Assembly (NCBI GenBank): GCA_041688155.1
Contig: JBDNIW010000003.1
Span: 95,397-159,396 of the forward strand
Direction of reading: 5' to 3'
Origin: Minisyncoccota bacterium
GTDB taxonomy: Bacteria > Patescibacteriota > Minisyncoccia > Phycocordibacterales > UBA918
DNA length: 64,000 nt
In this document: positions 8,057 through 17,994 of the stretch, piece after piece
How the letters are laid out: each line of letters begins with the position of its first letter
Position numbering within the stretch: position 1 is the first letter of the stretch
The notes under the pieces: generated by a model
Database searches by the model: none
What the model saw: the letters and a program-made list of their open reading frames with translations, nothing else
What the model was told of the DNA's origin: nothing
Translations under genes and position numbers: made by a program

Positions 8057-9511
8057 ATGCTTACTGTTTGCCCTTATTTCCATGTCCACCAACCGTACCG
8101 GATCAAAAAATACCGGGTGTTTGATATCGGGACTGACACTGAGTATTTTAACGATGACTCAGAAACTGATTTGAATAACCGACGGATTGTCGAAAAAGTC
8201 GCCAATAAGTCATACCGGCCAACCAACAAAATCCTCAAGGAGCTACTCGACCAGCACCCAGAATTCCGGTTCAACCTGTCGTTCTCGGGTACTGCGCTCG
8301 ATCAGTTCGAAGCCTACGCCCCTGACGTATTAGAGTCATTTCAAGAACTGGTCGCAACCGGTCGGGTTGAGATCCTCGCTGACACGTATCATCACTCACT
8401 GGCATTCTTCTACTCGGTGCCAGAATTCAAACGCCAAGTGCAGAAGCACGAACGACGGATCAAACAATTGTTCGGGGTCAAGCCGCGCGTGTTCCGGAAC
8501 ACTGAGCTGTCGTACCGCAACGACCTGGCTAAATGGTGTGAGGATAACGGCTACCTCGGGATCATGGCCGAAGGTTGGGAAAAGTACCTTGGGTGGCGGA
8601 GTCCCAATTTTCTCTACCATCCACCAGGCTGCTCCAAAATTAAAATTCTTCTCAAGAACTACAAGCTGTCGGACGACATTGCGTTTCGGTTTGGGAACAA
8701 ACAGTGGTCGAGTTGGCCGCTGTCGGCCGACACCTACGCCGGCTGGATTCACTCCAACCACGGGGATGGCGAGACAGTGAACTTGTTTATGGACTACGAG
8801 AGTTTTGGTGAACACCAGTGGGCTGATACTGGGATTTTTGATTTTCTGCGAGCGCTCCCAGAGACGCTTCTGCGTCACCCTGACACCAGTTTCAAAACCG
8901 CGACCGAGACCGTGCAAGCATACGACGCCAAGGGTGAGTACGATGTGCCAGACGTACTGACTTGGGCTGACACCGACCGCGACTTGACCGCTTGGAACGG
9001 CAACGACATCCAGCGCGATGCGCTCGCGGCGACGTACCGAATGGAAGAGAATGTGATGAAGACGGGGAAGCGTGACTTGATCGAGAAGTGGCGCAAACTA
9101 CAGACGTCAGACCACTTCTATTACATGTGTACCAAGTGGTCTAACGACGGAGACGTGCACGCGTATTTCTCTCCGTACGAATCCCCGTACGATGCATACA
9201 TCGCGTTTATGAATGCGTTGTCTGATCTCAAGTTGCGAGTTGATCATGTGGTGAACGAGCAGGTTGCTAAGCAAGCCGCCGAGAGTGAGGTTGTCAGTCA
9301 GGCCAGCGGCAGTCCCGATTTTGTCCCACTTGCACCGCCGAGCGTGAACCCTCCCAGCAATAGCCGTGACGACGCTGAGTCTGGCCGCGTCTCGCACGAT
9401 AACCAAACCATCAAGCCAGAAGAAAAACAGCGACTACATCCTCTACAAAACATCTGGAACCGGTTCAAGTCAATCTTCCCAGTTGTCCCTCGCAGTAACC
9501 AGTCCACGTGA
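8057..9511 (+). CDS. GH57 alpha-amylase family hydrolase with a low-complexity C-terminal tail
   Basis: YFHVHQP, TYHHSL, FRNTEL, LSDDIAFRF, FMDYESFGEH and LQTSDHFYYM. Confidence 0.92.
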   Translation: MLTVCPYFHVHQPYRIKKYRVFDIGTDTEYFNDDSETDLNNRRIVEKVANKSYRPTNKILKELLDQHPEFRFNLSFSGTALDQFEAYAPDVLESFQELVATGRVEILADTYHHSLAFFYSVPEFKRQVQKHERRIKQLFGVKPRVFRNTELSYRNDLAKWCEDNGYLGIMAEGWEKYLGWRSPNFLYHPPGCSKIKILLKNYKLSDDIAFRFGNKQWSSWPLSADTYAGWIHSNHGDGETVNLFMDYESFGEHQWADTGIFDFLRALPETLLRHPDTSFKTATETVQAYDAKGEYDVPDVLTWADTDRDLTAWNGNDIQRDALAATYRMEENVMKTGKRDLIEKWRKLQTSDHFYYMCTKWSNDGDVHAYFSPYESPYDAYIAFMNALSDLKLRVDHVVNEQVAKQAAESEVVSQASGSPDFVPLAPPSVNPPSNSRDDAESGRVSHDNQTIKPEEKQRLHPLQNIWNRFKSIFPVVPRSNQST

Positions 9512-9551
9512 TAGACTATAGTCATTACTACTCAATTGTTCTTACGTTCTT

Positions 9552-9995
9552 ATGCCTACCAAAAAACCCGTCACCAAAAAAAGTGTCAAGACAATCGCTA
9601 AAAAAGCGACTGTGAAAAAAAAGCCAGTGGCTAAAAAAACCACCGTTAAGAAAAAAGTAACCGCTAAGAAAACCACCACCAAGAAAGCCAACAAAACTCC
9701 CAAGGCGACTGCGATGAAAAAACCGGTCAAAGACTTGGTATTTGCGTCTGACCAAGAATCATTCTGGGTCCAGAACGGTGAGGTTCTCAACAGTCTGATG
9801 GCTCTCAACGACGCGTTTGCTAACATGGACAAAGACATTTACCAGTTCCATGCCCATGGCGACCGCAACGACTTTTCTATTTGGGTGGACACGGTGCTGA
9901 GCGACGCTGCATGTGCAGCTGATTTGAAGAAAGCCAAAACGCAAAAAAGTGCCCGGACAATCGTGGTGAAACATCTTAAACTGTATTCAATCTAG
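9552..9995 (+). CDS. Lys-rich histone H1-like N-terminus fused to a DUF5752-like domain
   Basis: About 58 aa of K/T/A/V repeats, then FWVQNGEVLNSL..L...F..MD...YQFH....RNDFSIWV..VL.D. Confidence 0.7.
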   Translation: MPTKKPVTKKSVKTIAKKATVKKKPVAKKTTVKKKVTAKKTTTKKANKTPKATAMKKPVKDLVFASDQESFWVQNGEVLNSLMALNDAFANMDKDIYQFHAHGDRNDFSIWVDTVLSDAACAADLKKAKTQKSARTIVVKHLKLYSI

Positions 9996-9998
9996 CAT

Positions 9999-11981
9999 AT
10001 GGCTCGGTCGGTCACGGTCGGAAATGGCAATGTGCTCGTTGGATTAGATAACCGCGGGCAGGTTCGTGACTTGTACTATCCGTTTGTTGGAGAAGCAAAC
10101 CACGTCAGTGGCGCGAGCGGGAATTATGTCCATCGCGTTGGGGTGTTTGTTGATGGCAAGATGTCGTGGCTTGACGACCCAGCCTGGCGGGTGACCATTG
10201 GTGGTGAGGAGCATACCTGCGTCGGGTCTATGTTCGCGGAGAATCGCGAGCTGGGGATTACGCTCGCTAGTCGAGACACGGTGCACAATGAGCATGATGT
10301 GTTTTTGCGACACTTTACTATCACCAACAGTGGCGACCGCACGCGCGAAGTGAAACTGTTTCTCGCTCAACAATTTAGAATCTATGAATCCAGACGCGGT
10401 GACACCGGGTACTTTGACCCGCGTGTAGGGGCGATAGTGCACTACAAAGGCGAGACGACGCTCCTGGTCAACGCCTACGCTAACGGTAAGCAATTTAAAG
10501 AATACAACATCGGTCTGTTTGGAATCGAAGGTAAAGAGGGGACGTGGCTCGATGCTGAAGATGGTCGACTTGAAAGTAATCCAATTGAGCACGGGTCGGT
10601 TGATTCCGTTTTGGCGCTGACCTTTAATCTGGAGGCTGGTGAATCTAATCAGGCCCACTACTGGATTGTCTGTGCCAAATCTGTGTCGGAGGCTCACACT
10701 CTCGATGAACTCGTTTTGGATGAGACCCCTGACGCGTTGATTACTTCAACTGATGCATACTGGACAGCGTGGTTAGGTAAAGACAATCGTGACATGACCG
10801 CCCTGCCGGCTTCATTGCGGACGCTCTACAAGCGTTCTTTGATGATTATGCGGGTGCACACGGATAACCGTGGCGGCACCATTGCCAGTAGCGACACTGA
10901 CATGTTGCACCATGGGCGCGATACCTACAGCTACGTCTGGCCGCGCGATGGCGCAATGATCAGTTTGGCTTTTGATAGGGCTGGGTACCGTGATGTGACG
11001 CGGAGATTTTTTGAATTCATGGCTCGATGTCAGGAACCAGGTGGGTACCTGATGCACAAGTACCGCACTGATGGCGTGCTCGGCAGTAGTTGGCACCCCT
11101 GGATTATTAATGGAGAAGCACAGCTACCCATCCAAGAAGACGAGACCGCTTCGATTCTGTTTGCATTGTGGAAACACTACGAGCAATACAAAGACATTGA
11201 GTTCATCGAGAGTCTGTATAACAGCTTTATCGAACCAGCAGCAGAATTCATGTGTGAGTACATCGAGTCGACAACTGGGCTCCCGCAGGCGTCATTTGAT
11301 CTCTGGGAGGAGAAGTACGGTACTTCAACTTATACTGCTGCCAGTACCTACGCTGGCCTGATGGCGGCGGCTAAATTCGCCCAGTTGCTCGGCAAAGCTG
11401 GTCCCGCCCGTACGTTCGAAGCGGTCGCCGGCCGGATCAAAACTGCGATTGGTGATGTATTATTTGATAAAAAAACCGGCACGTTTGTAAAACATGTGCT
11501 GCACGTTGACGATGAACTCCAGTACGATCGAGTAATCGACACGAGTAGTCTGTATGGATTACAACTGTTTGAAGTATTTGATCTCGATGATGAACGGATG
11601 GTCAGTATGGTCAAAGCCGTAGAAGCAAAACTTCAGGTCCACGGCGCAGCCAAAGGGTTCATCCGCTACGAAGGTGACACCTATTACACCCAGCAATCAG
11701 CCGGCAGCCCCAACCCGTGGGTCATCTGTACGCTCTGGATTGCCCGGTACTACATAGAAATTGCCAAAACCAAGGAGGACCTCGCATACCCGTTAGAAAT
11801 CCTAGAGTGGACCTGCAGTCACGCCAGCACCAGCGGAACCCTGTCAGAACAAATGCAGCCAGATACTAGAGAGCACCTCAGCGCCTCACCCCTAGTCTGG
11901 AGCCACGCCGAGTTCGTCTTAGCAGCACTAGCCTATGTAGAAAAGGCGGAGGAGTTGGAAGGGGAGACACTATCAAAGTAA
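9999..11981 (+). CDS. GH15 glucoamylase/trehalase-family hydrolase
   Basis: YSYVWPRDGA, IQEDET, DLWEE, RYEGDTY, LSEQ and SPLVWSHAEF. Confidence 0.92.
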   Translation: MARSVTVGNGNVLVGLDNRGQVRDLYYPFVGEANHVSGASGNYVHRVGVFVDGKMSWLDDPAWRVTIGGEEHTCVGSMFAENRELGITLASRDTVHNEHDVFLRHFTITNSGDRTREVKLFLAQQFRIYESRRGDTGYFDPRVGAIVHYKGETTLLVNAYANGKQFKEYNIGLFGIEGKEGTWLDAEDGRLESNPIEHGSVDSVLALTFNLEAGESNQAHYWIVCAKSVSEAHTLDELVLDETPDALITSTDAYWTAWLGKDNRDMTALPASLRTLYKRSLMIMRVHTDNRGGTIASSDTDMLHHGRDTYSYVWPRDGAMISLAFDRAGYRDVTRRFFEFMARCQEPGGYLMHKYRTDGVLGSSWHPWIINGEAQLPIQEDETASILFALWKHYEQYKDIEFIESLYNSFIEPAAEFMCEYIESTTGLPQASFDLWEEKYGTSTYTAASTYAGLMAAAKFAQLLGKAGPARTFEAVAGRIKTAIGDVLFDKKTGTFVKHVLHVDDELQYDRVIDTSSLYGLQLFEVFDLDDERMVSMVKAVEAKLQVHGAAKGFIRYEGDTYYTQQSAGSPNPWVICTLWIARYYIEIAKTKEDLAYPLEILEWTCSHASTSGTLSEQMQPDTREHLSASPLVWSHAEFVLAALAYVEKAEELEGETLSK

Positions 11982-11987
11982 ACCGCG

Positions 11988-12857
11988 TCAAAACTCTTTC
12001 CTCCAGCGTTGGGTTTCGGTATTAAATTCTCCAATCTGGGTGCGGTGGATTGACCAGGCTAGACTAGAGGTTGGTGCGACTAGTTGCTTACCGATCAGTT
12101 TTGCTAACGTGCGCATATAAGTGCCGCTGCTGGCGGTGCAGGTGAAATGGGCGATGGTATATTCATCAGGAAGTGACAACTGGCCGACATCCGATGTCCA
12201 ACGGTTGTTTTTGATTTGGTCCCAGTCTTGGCGCACATCTATCCGGCGGAAGTCGTTGCCGAGGGTTTTACTAGCTTCGGTTACTTCTGGGATAGTGTCG
12301 ATTTTGGCTCGAGCTTCGGCGCAGACAGCTGTTCGAGTTTTGGTTTCGATATTGTCCAGTTGCAAGGAATAGATAGTTGAGGCTTTGGTTGGGATGGAGA
12401 TCTCATGGAGGCGGCCTTTGAGCGTCCACGTATGTAATGGTTTGCCTTGTACGGTTTTGGATGAAAAGTGGGGGTACGGGAGTTCGATGTCTCCAGTGAG
12501 ATTGGCACAAATGTTCCTAAGCTGAGTTTCAATAGCTGGCACGCCCTCAGGCGGCGGGTTGGTTTCATAGGATGACTCTACGTGCAGCCGCCCCAACACA
12601 TCATGCGTATCAGACCCAATCCCAAACAACACCGAAAACTGGTAGGTTTTGTCAAGTGCGAGATACTGCTCTTTGCGTTTGCACTCTTCGCCAATGAGCA
12701 CGAGTAACTTACCTGACGCCATTGGGTCGAGGCGACCGGCGTAGGTCAGCGGGAGGCTGGCATACTCGGACGGCTGCGTCTGGCGCCACACCTCCATAGA
12801 CTGCAGCGGCGTTTGTCCGACCGCTTTGTCCAGTACTACATAAGAGGGGAGTTCCAT
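11988..12857 (-). CDS. truB: tRNA pseudouridine(55) synthase TruB-like
   Basis: LDKAVGQTP, YAGRLDPMASGKLLVL, DKTY and SSGTYMRTLA; start ATG 12857. Confidence 0.85.
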   Translation of the reverse strand: MELPSYVVLDKAVGQTPLQSMEVWRQTQPSEYASLPLTYAGRLDPMASGKLLVLIGEECKRKEQYLALDKTYQFSVLFGIGSDTHDVLGRLHVESSYETNPPPEGVPAIETQLRNICANLTGDIELPYPHFSSKTVQGKPLHTWTLKGRLHEISIPTKASTIYSLQLDNIETKTRTAVCAEARAKIDTIPEVTEASKTLGNDFRRIDVRQDWDQIKNNRWTSDVGQLSLPDEYTIAHFTCTASSGTYMRTLAKLIGKQLVAPTSSLAWSIHRTQIGEFNTETQRWRKEF

Positions 12858-12883
12858 AAATGTGAGCCTACCATAATTCCAAA

Positions 12884-12996
12884 GTGTCCAACACCGAGTG
12901 TCGGACAAATCAAAATATAACTGACTGATGGTAACTGATCACGTATATATAATTAGTTATTTTTCGATTCCTTATCCAACACTCGATGTTGGATAA
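12884..12996. repeat. two palindromes of the TCCAACAC family (family B)
   Basis: tgtccaacac-cga-gtgtcggaca (about 12884-12907) and ttatccaaca-ctcga-tgttggataa (12972-12996); a related copy lies in truB at 12181-12204. Confidence 0.75.
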
Positions 12997-13037
12997 AAAA
13001 TGTCTATGTATCATATATGATACATAGACATTTTTTA
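12994..13037. repeat. 44-bp perfect palindrome
   Basis: taaaaaatgtctatgtatcata|tatgatacatagacatttttta. Confidence 0.95.
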
Positions 13038-13041
13038 GGTT

Positions 13042-13125
13042 TTAACCTAGTGGATCACCTCCGAGGAACGAATTAATAATCAAAAGCAAGACAAACCCAC
13101 CAATCGCCAGCAAGATAAATTTCAT
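13042..13125 (-). CDS. 27-aa single-TM small protein candidate
   Basis: MKFILLAIGGFVLLLIINSFLGGDPLG*; TGC-TATACT lies 6 nt before the ATG. Confidence 0.55.
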   Translation of the reverse strand: MKFILLAIGGFVLLLIINSFLGGDPLG

Positions 13126-13267
13126 TGGTTTAGTATAGCAGTGAGGTGGGTAACTTGGTGCCGGTAGAACGTGTGGCCAGGGGGTTACTTATTCAGGCTG
13201 CCAACTTGACTACTGGTCTCAGAAGAGTATTATGCTAACGCCTAAATTATTGAATTTTTCTCATTAT

Positions 13268-13570
13268 ATGACTGTTTTAGATCACGTGTTGCAAGCCGAA
13301 CAGGATGCTGCCACCAAGGTTGCGACGGCTACAGCTGCAGCCACCCAACAGATTGCCGATGCTAAAAACGTCTCAGCCGCTGCTATTGCTGCAGAAAAAA
13401 TGCGTCTGGCGGCACACGAAACAGTGACACTGGCTGAACACACGAACACAGTAGAACTCAACTCCAAAACAATCACTACCCAAGCTACCAAAGACGCCGC
13501 TGCAATCAGCGCAGCGTTTGCTGAAAAAAAGACCGAACTAGAACGAAAGATTAACGAGGCTCTTTCGTAA
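13268..13570 (+). CDS. atpH: A/V-type ATPase subunit H/G (peripheral stalk)
   Basis: Ala-rich coiled coil at the head of an H-I-K-E-C-F-A-B-D operon. Confidence 0.7.
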   Translation: MTVLDHVLQAEQDAATKVATATAAATQQIADAKNVSAAAIAAEKMRLAAHETVTLAEHTNTVELNSKTITTQATKDAAAISAAFAEKKTELERKINEALS

Positions 13571-13578
13571 TACATTTT

Positions 13579-15552
13579 ATGGCTGTTGTTACAATGCAAA
13601 AAGTTCAGATTGTCGTCCACCGTACTGATACGGAGACCCTTCTGCAAACCTTGCAACGAGCGGGAGTAATGGAGTTTACTGAAATCGACGCCTCCAAAAT
13701 CACCCCGGCAACTGCTGAGTTCCCGCACGCCCAGCTCCTCCCGCGACTACAGCACGCGGTCGGGTTCCTGGCGCCCTACGAAGTAAAAAAAAGTCTCTGG
13801 CGAACTCTACGCGACGGCACCACCACTGACCTGACCGAAGTGGCGGTAAAGAAATACACCACTGATACTGACGCTGTGTCACTAATCGTGGTGGACCAAG
13901 AGACACTCCAAGTTGAGTTGGCCGAAAAAACCAATGCTGTTCGACTGCTCACCGAGCAAGTGGCCTTATTGCAGATCTGGAAAGTGGTTCCACTTAAATT
14001 GTCTCACCTCAAAACTGCTACCACCTACACAATCCTCGTCACCCGACCAAAAGACGCACCCAAAAACCCCAAACCGCTCGAGGCATTCCTAACTGGTTTC
14101 CTTACAACCAACGACATAACTGCACAGCTAACCACCGTTGAAAAGAACCCTAATCTGTGTGCTGTCACGGTGGCAGCCGATACCATCACAGCGACCGACC
14201 TACAAAAGCAGTTAGAAGCTAAACAACTGCAAATCATCACTGCACCGGAAGGGTTTGAATCTGCCGAAATTGAACTGGTTGCTACCGAAGAGAAATTGGC
14301 GGCGGGGAACGGAGAGTTGGGGGTTGTGCACGACCAGGCGGAGCATTTTGCCCACACCCATCTGCGGCAGCTGCGGATTGCAGCTGAGGTACTCTCGTGG
14401 CAGCGCGATCGGTTCGCGACTATTGCGGTGGCTGGAGCGACCGCTAGTAGTGTGGTATTTGAGGGGTGGATGAATGCATCCATGCAAACTGCCGTGGAAG
14501 CCGAATTTGCGAAGCAACACATCGCAGCGCTCGTCAGCGAACTTGATTTGACTGAGGGTGAGGAGCCGCCGGTTGATATTGTTAACAACTCTTTCATCCA
14601 GCCGTTTGAAGTCGTGACCCGATTGTATGGTATGCCTGGTCACCGTGACCTCGATCCAACGTTATTCTTGGCGGGATTCTTTTTCCTGTTTTTTGGTCTG
14701 TCACTGACCGACGTTGGATACGGGATTTTCTTGATGGCAGTCGCGACGATCATCCTGACGTTGTTCAAAGTCGCCCCCATCGTGCGGACGTTTGCCAAAC
14801 TGCTGCTCTTTATGGGGTTGGGGTCGGCGCTGGTCGGTTTACTATTTGGGGGGTACCTCGGTATCGCGGCTGAATCACTGCCGTCTTGGTTGCGTGCCAT
14901 CCAGGTGTTTGATCCGATTGGCAACCCCCTACCGGTGTTCTACCTAGCGCTTGGGTTGGGGGTATTCCAGGTGATGGTGGGGATGCTACTCAAGATCTAC
15001 AGTGATGCCCGCAACGGAGAACTGACGAACGGTATTTTGGACCAAGGTCCGTGGCTGTTTGTGTTTTGTGTCGCGATTGCGTATCTTGGTGTCTTCACTG
15101 GATACGTTGATTTTGCGACCCCAGAACAGTTAATCAATTTGATTTACGTTGGGTTGATTGCAGTTGTGCTTGCCAGTGGTCGCAAGGGTCAGACTATCCT
15201 CGAGAAAGTGCAGTCCGCTGCACTGAGTCTGTACGCCAGTATCGGATATTTTTCTGACATTCTGTCGTACTCACGTCTCTTGGCCCTTGGTCTTGCGACC
15301 ACTGCGCTGGCATTTGCCGTCAATCTCATTGCTGAGATTGTCAGTGGGACACCGTACGTTGGTCCGGTGCTCGCTATCGTAGTGTTGGTGATAGGTCACC
15401 TCTTTACCTTGGCCGTAAACACGTTGGGTGCCTTCATCCATAGTGCTCGGCTGCAGTTTGTAGAGTTTTTTGGCAAGTTTATTGCTGGAACCGGTCGGGA
15501 GTTTAAACCTCTGAAACGTACGGCGCTACACGTGGTGGTGTCAGATGAATAG
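13579..15552 (+). CDS. atpI: A/V-type ATPase subunit I (a)
   Basis: PFEVVTRLYGMP...DPT, DVGYG, SDILSYSRLLALGLA and IHSARLQFVEFFGKF. Confidence 0.95.
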   Translation: MAVVTMQKVQIVVHRTDTETLLQTLQRAGVMEFTEIDASKITPATAEFPHAQLLPRLQHAVGFLAPYEVKKSLWRTLRDGTTTDLTEVAVKKYTTDTDAVSLIVVDQETLQVELAEKTNAVRLLTEQVALLQIWKVVPLKLSHLKTATTYTILVTRPKDAPKNPKPLEAFLTGFLTTNDITAQLTTVEKNPNLCAVTVAADTITATDLQKQLEAKQLQIITAPEGFESAEIELVATEEKLAAGNGELGVVHDQAEHFAHTHLRQLRIAAEVLSWQRDRFATIAVAGATASSVVFEGWMNASMQTAVEAEFAKQHIAALVSELDLTEGEEPPVDIVNNSFIQPFEVVTRLYGMPGHRDLDPTLFLAGFFFLFFGLSLTDVGYGIFLMAVATIILTLFKVAPIVRTFAKLLLFMGLGSALVGLLFGGYLGIAAESLPSWLRAIQVFDPIGNPLPVFYLALGLGVFQVMVGMLLKIYSDARNGELTNGILDQGPWLFVFCVAIAYLGVFTGYVDFATPEQLINLIYVGLIAVVLASGRKGQTILEKVQSAALSLYASIGYFSDILSYSRLLALGLATTALAFAVNLIAEIVSGTPYVGPVLAIVVLVIGHLFTLAVNTLGAFIHSARLQFVEFFGKFIAGTGREFKPLKRTALHVVVSDE

Positions 15553-15578
15553 AGGTTTGAATAATTAATAAACAATAA

Positions 15579-16070
<492 letters not shown>

Positions 16071-16078
16071 GTATCAGT

Positions 16079-16642
16079 ATGACAAATTCGCTCACCACCA
16101 AAATCACCAATGATGCCGACGCGCAAATCGCTACCATTGTGGCAGCTGTCGCTGTGTCTGTGGCTGCCGTTGAGACCGAGACGAAACGTGTCATCACCGA
16201 CCTACAACGTGACGCCGAGGTACAGCTGACCAAGAAAAAAGCGCACCAAGAACTAGTTGCCACCGCCAAAGCCAATCAATCGGCCAAGATTGCCTTGGCT
16301 GCAGCCAAGCGCACCGCGATTGATGGATTGTTCGAACAGGTAGCGACAACGGTGCTCGCAGAATCTGGAGCCGAGTACGTCGCGCGGTACACCAAACGAG
16401 TACAAGCAGTGTTGCCAGCCGGAGTGGAAGTGTTCTCGGTGCAGTCGCCAGCGGATAAGGCTGACGAGACCAAAGACATCCTAACTGCGCTGGGCATACA
16501 AGCCGAAGTAATCCCGAGCCCAGCGGTGCGAGCGGGACTCATCGTCGTCGCCCGTGACGGCGTGTACGATGCTTCGTTTGATCGCACTTTGTCAGAGGTG
16601 CGACCAAACCTCGAAATGGAACTAATACAAACATCTTCATAA
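16079..16642 (+). CDS. atpE: A/V-type ATPase subunit E
   Basis: Operon position; N-terminal coiled coil; C-terminal AGLIV....YDASFD. Confidence 0.8.
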   Translation: MTNSLTTKITNDADAQIATIVAAVAVSVAAVETETKRVITDLQRDAEVQLTKKKAHQELVATAKANQSAKIALAAAKRTAIDGLFEQVATTVLAESGAEYVARYTKRVQAVLPAGVEVFSVQSPADKADETKDILTALGIQAEVIPSPAVRAGLIVVARDGVYDASFDRTLSEVRPNLEMELIQTSS

Positions 16643-16644
16643 CC

Positions 16645-17625
16645 ATGCAAACGCAGTATATCTACAGTGCGAGCCGAGCGAACACACTCGCGCAATATCT
16701 ACTCACTAAAACCGACATTGATCGTTTGTTAGTAGCGGACGCTGGAGATGATTTGCAGTCTGCTCTGAAAGAAACCTACTTGGCGCCGTACGTGTTGCAG
16801 GACGCTGATATTGCAGTCGCAATCGAAGCCACCCTGATCGAAGCGAAAAAGCTCCTACACCGGATTGCCCCAGACGGTGATATGTTGCGAGTGTTGTGGT
16901 TGCAGTACGACGTCCACAACTTGCGCGTATTTGCCAAAGCCCAAGCCATCGGCAAAGGGTTCGCCGACGTGGCTCAGTTTGTGTCCGCGCGCGGGATTTA
17001 TGATCCGGCGTACTTGTACGCCATGGCCGATCGCAGTGAACTCAACCGGCTGCAAATGAGCTGGCAAGAGTCGTACACCGAGGCGGTGCGTCATGCAACT
17101 GTGGGCGACATTGACCAGGTTGATGGCGTGTTTGATCAGCTGTTCTTTGCGACAGCGACCAGGATAGCGGAGCGGTTCAAAGACCCGTTCATTAGGAAAT
17201 ATGTCCGCGCTATCGTCGACCTGTACAATCTCAAAGCCCGCCTGCGCGCTGCAACGTATGACCAAATCAAATTCAGTCCGGTGTTCATTACCGGCGGCAC
17301 GTTTGCCGAGCGTGAAATCGAGACCAAAGAACAAGTGCTGGTAGCGTTTGCTCAGCTTGGCGGTGAAGCTTTCTGGCGTATCGCCATCGAGCAGTTTGCG
17401 GCCACTGGGAACACCACCCACATCGATGCACGAGCGGACGAGTATCTGGTTGATATGTCAAAACAAGCTAGTTTCGACATGTTCAGTTCAGCCTCACTGG
17501 TGTTATTCTACTTGCAATCAAGACAGTCAGCTGCCAACGTCCGCACTATCGTTGTGGGCAAAAACAGTGGTATGAGTGAGGCTGCTATTCGATCTAATTT
17601 ACGCCTGGCCTATGTCAACAACTAA
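16645..17625 (+). CDS. atpC: A/V-type ATPase subunit C (AC39 family)
   Basis: YDVHNLR, IVDLYNLK and NVRTIVVGK..G...IRSNLRLAY. Confidence 0.88.
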   Translation: MQTQYIYSASRANTLAQYLLTKTDIDRLLVADAGDDLQSALKETYLAPYVLQDADIAVAIEATLIEAKKLLHRIAPDGDMLRVLWLQYDVHNLRVFAKAQAIGKGFADVAQFVSARGIYDPAYLYAMADRSELNRLQMSWQESYTEAVRHATVGDIDQVDGVFDQLFFATATRIAERFKDPFIRKYVRAIVDLYNLKARLRAATYDQIKFSPVFITGGTFAEREIETKEQVLVAFAQLGGEAFWRIAIEQFAATGNTTHIDARADEYLVDMSKQASFDMFSSASLVLFYLQSRQSAANVRTIVVGKNSGMSEAAIRSNLRLAYVNN

Positions 17626-17968
17626 CCCTAATCAGTACAAAATAGCTATTGTTGGTCCAACTGATATGGTGTCAGGGTTCCGGGCGTTGGGGGTAGAGGC
17701 GATTGATGCTCAGACCGGCGAAGCCGCGCTTGAAGAATTACGACGCATCAAAAAACTCACCCTGGATCCAGCCAGCGACGTCAAATACGCCGTTGTGTGT
17801 GTGATCGAGGATTTACTCACGAACATCGACCCCGCCGAATACGCTAAGGTAGTCAGTGGCCCCCTCCCGGCCGTCATTGTCTTACCGGGCCCAGAGGGAA
17901 GTAAAGGAGTAGCGATTGCCCGCCTCCGTCGATTAGCCGAACAGGCTGTCGGAAGCGCAATTATTTAA
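17612..17968 (+). CDS. atpF: A/V-type ATPase subunit F
   Basis: YKIAIVG..D.VSGFRALG ... LPAVIVLPG ... EQAVG; start ATG 17612. Confidence 0.9.
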   Translation: MSTTNPNQYKIAIVGPTDMVSGFRALGVEAIDAQTGEAALEELRRIKKLTLDPASDVKYAVVCVIEDLLTNIDPAEYAKVVSGPLPAVIVLPGPEGSKGVAIARLRRLAEQAVGSAII

Positions 17969-17994
17969 TCAGTCACAATTTTAATAACAGTACT

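Noticed and set aside
13051-13062. TGGATCACCTCC, identical to the 16S rRNA 3' end
   Set aside because: Only 12 bp with no rRNA context; it lies on the antisense strand of the small ORF and is probably chance.
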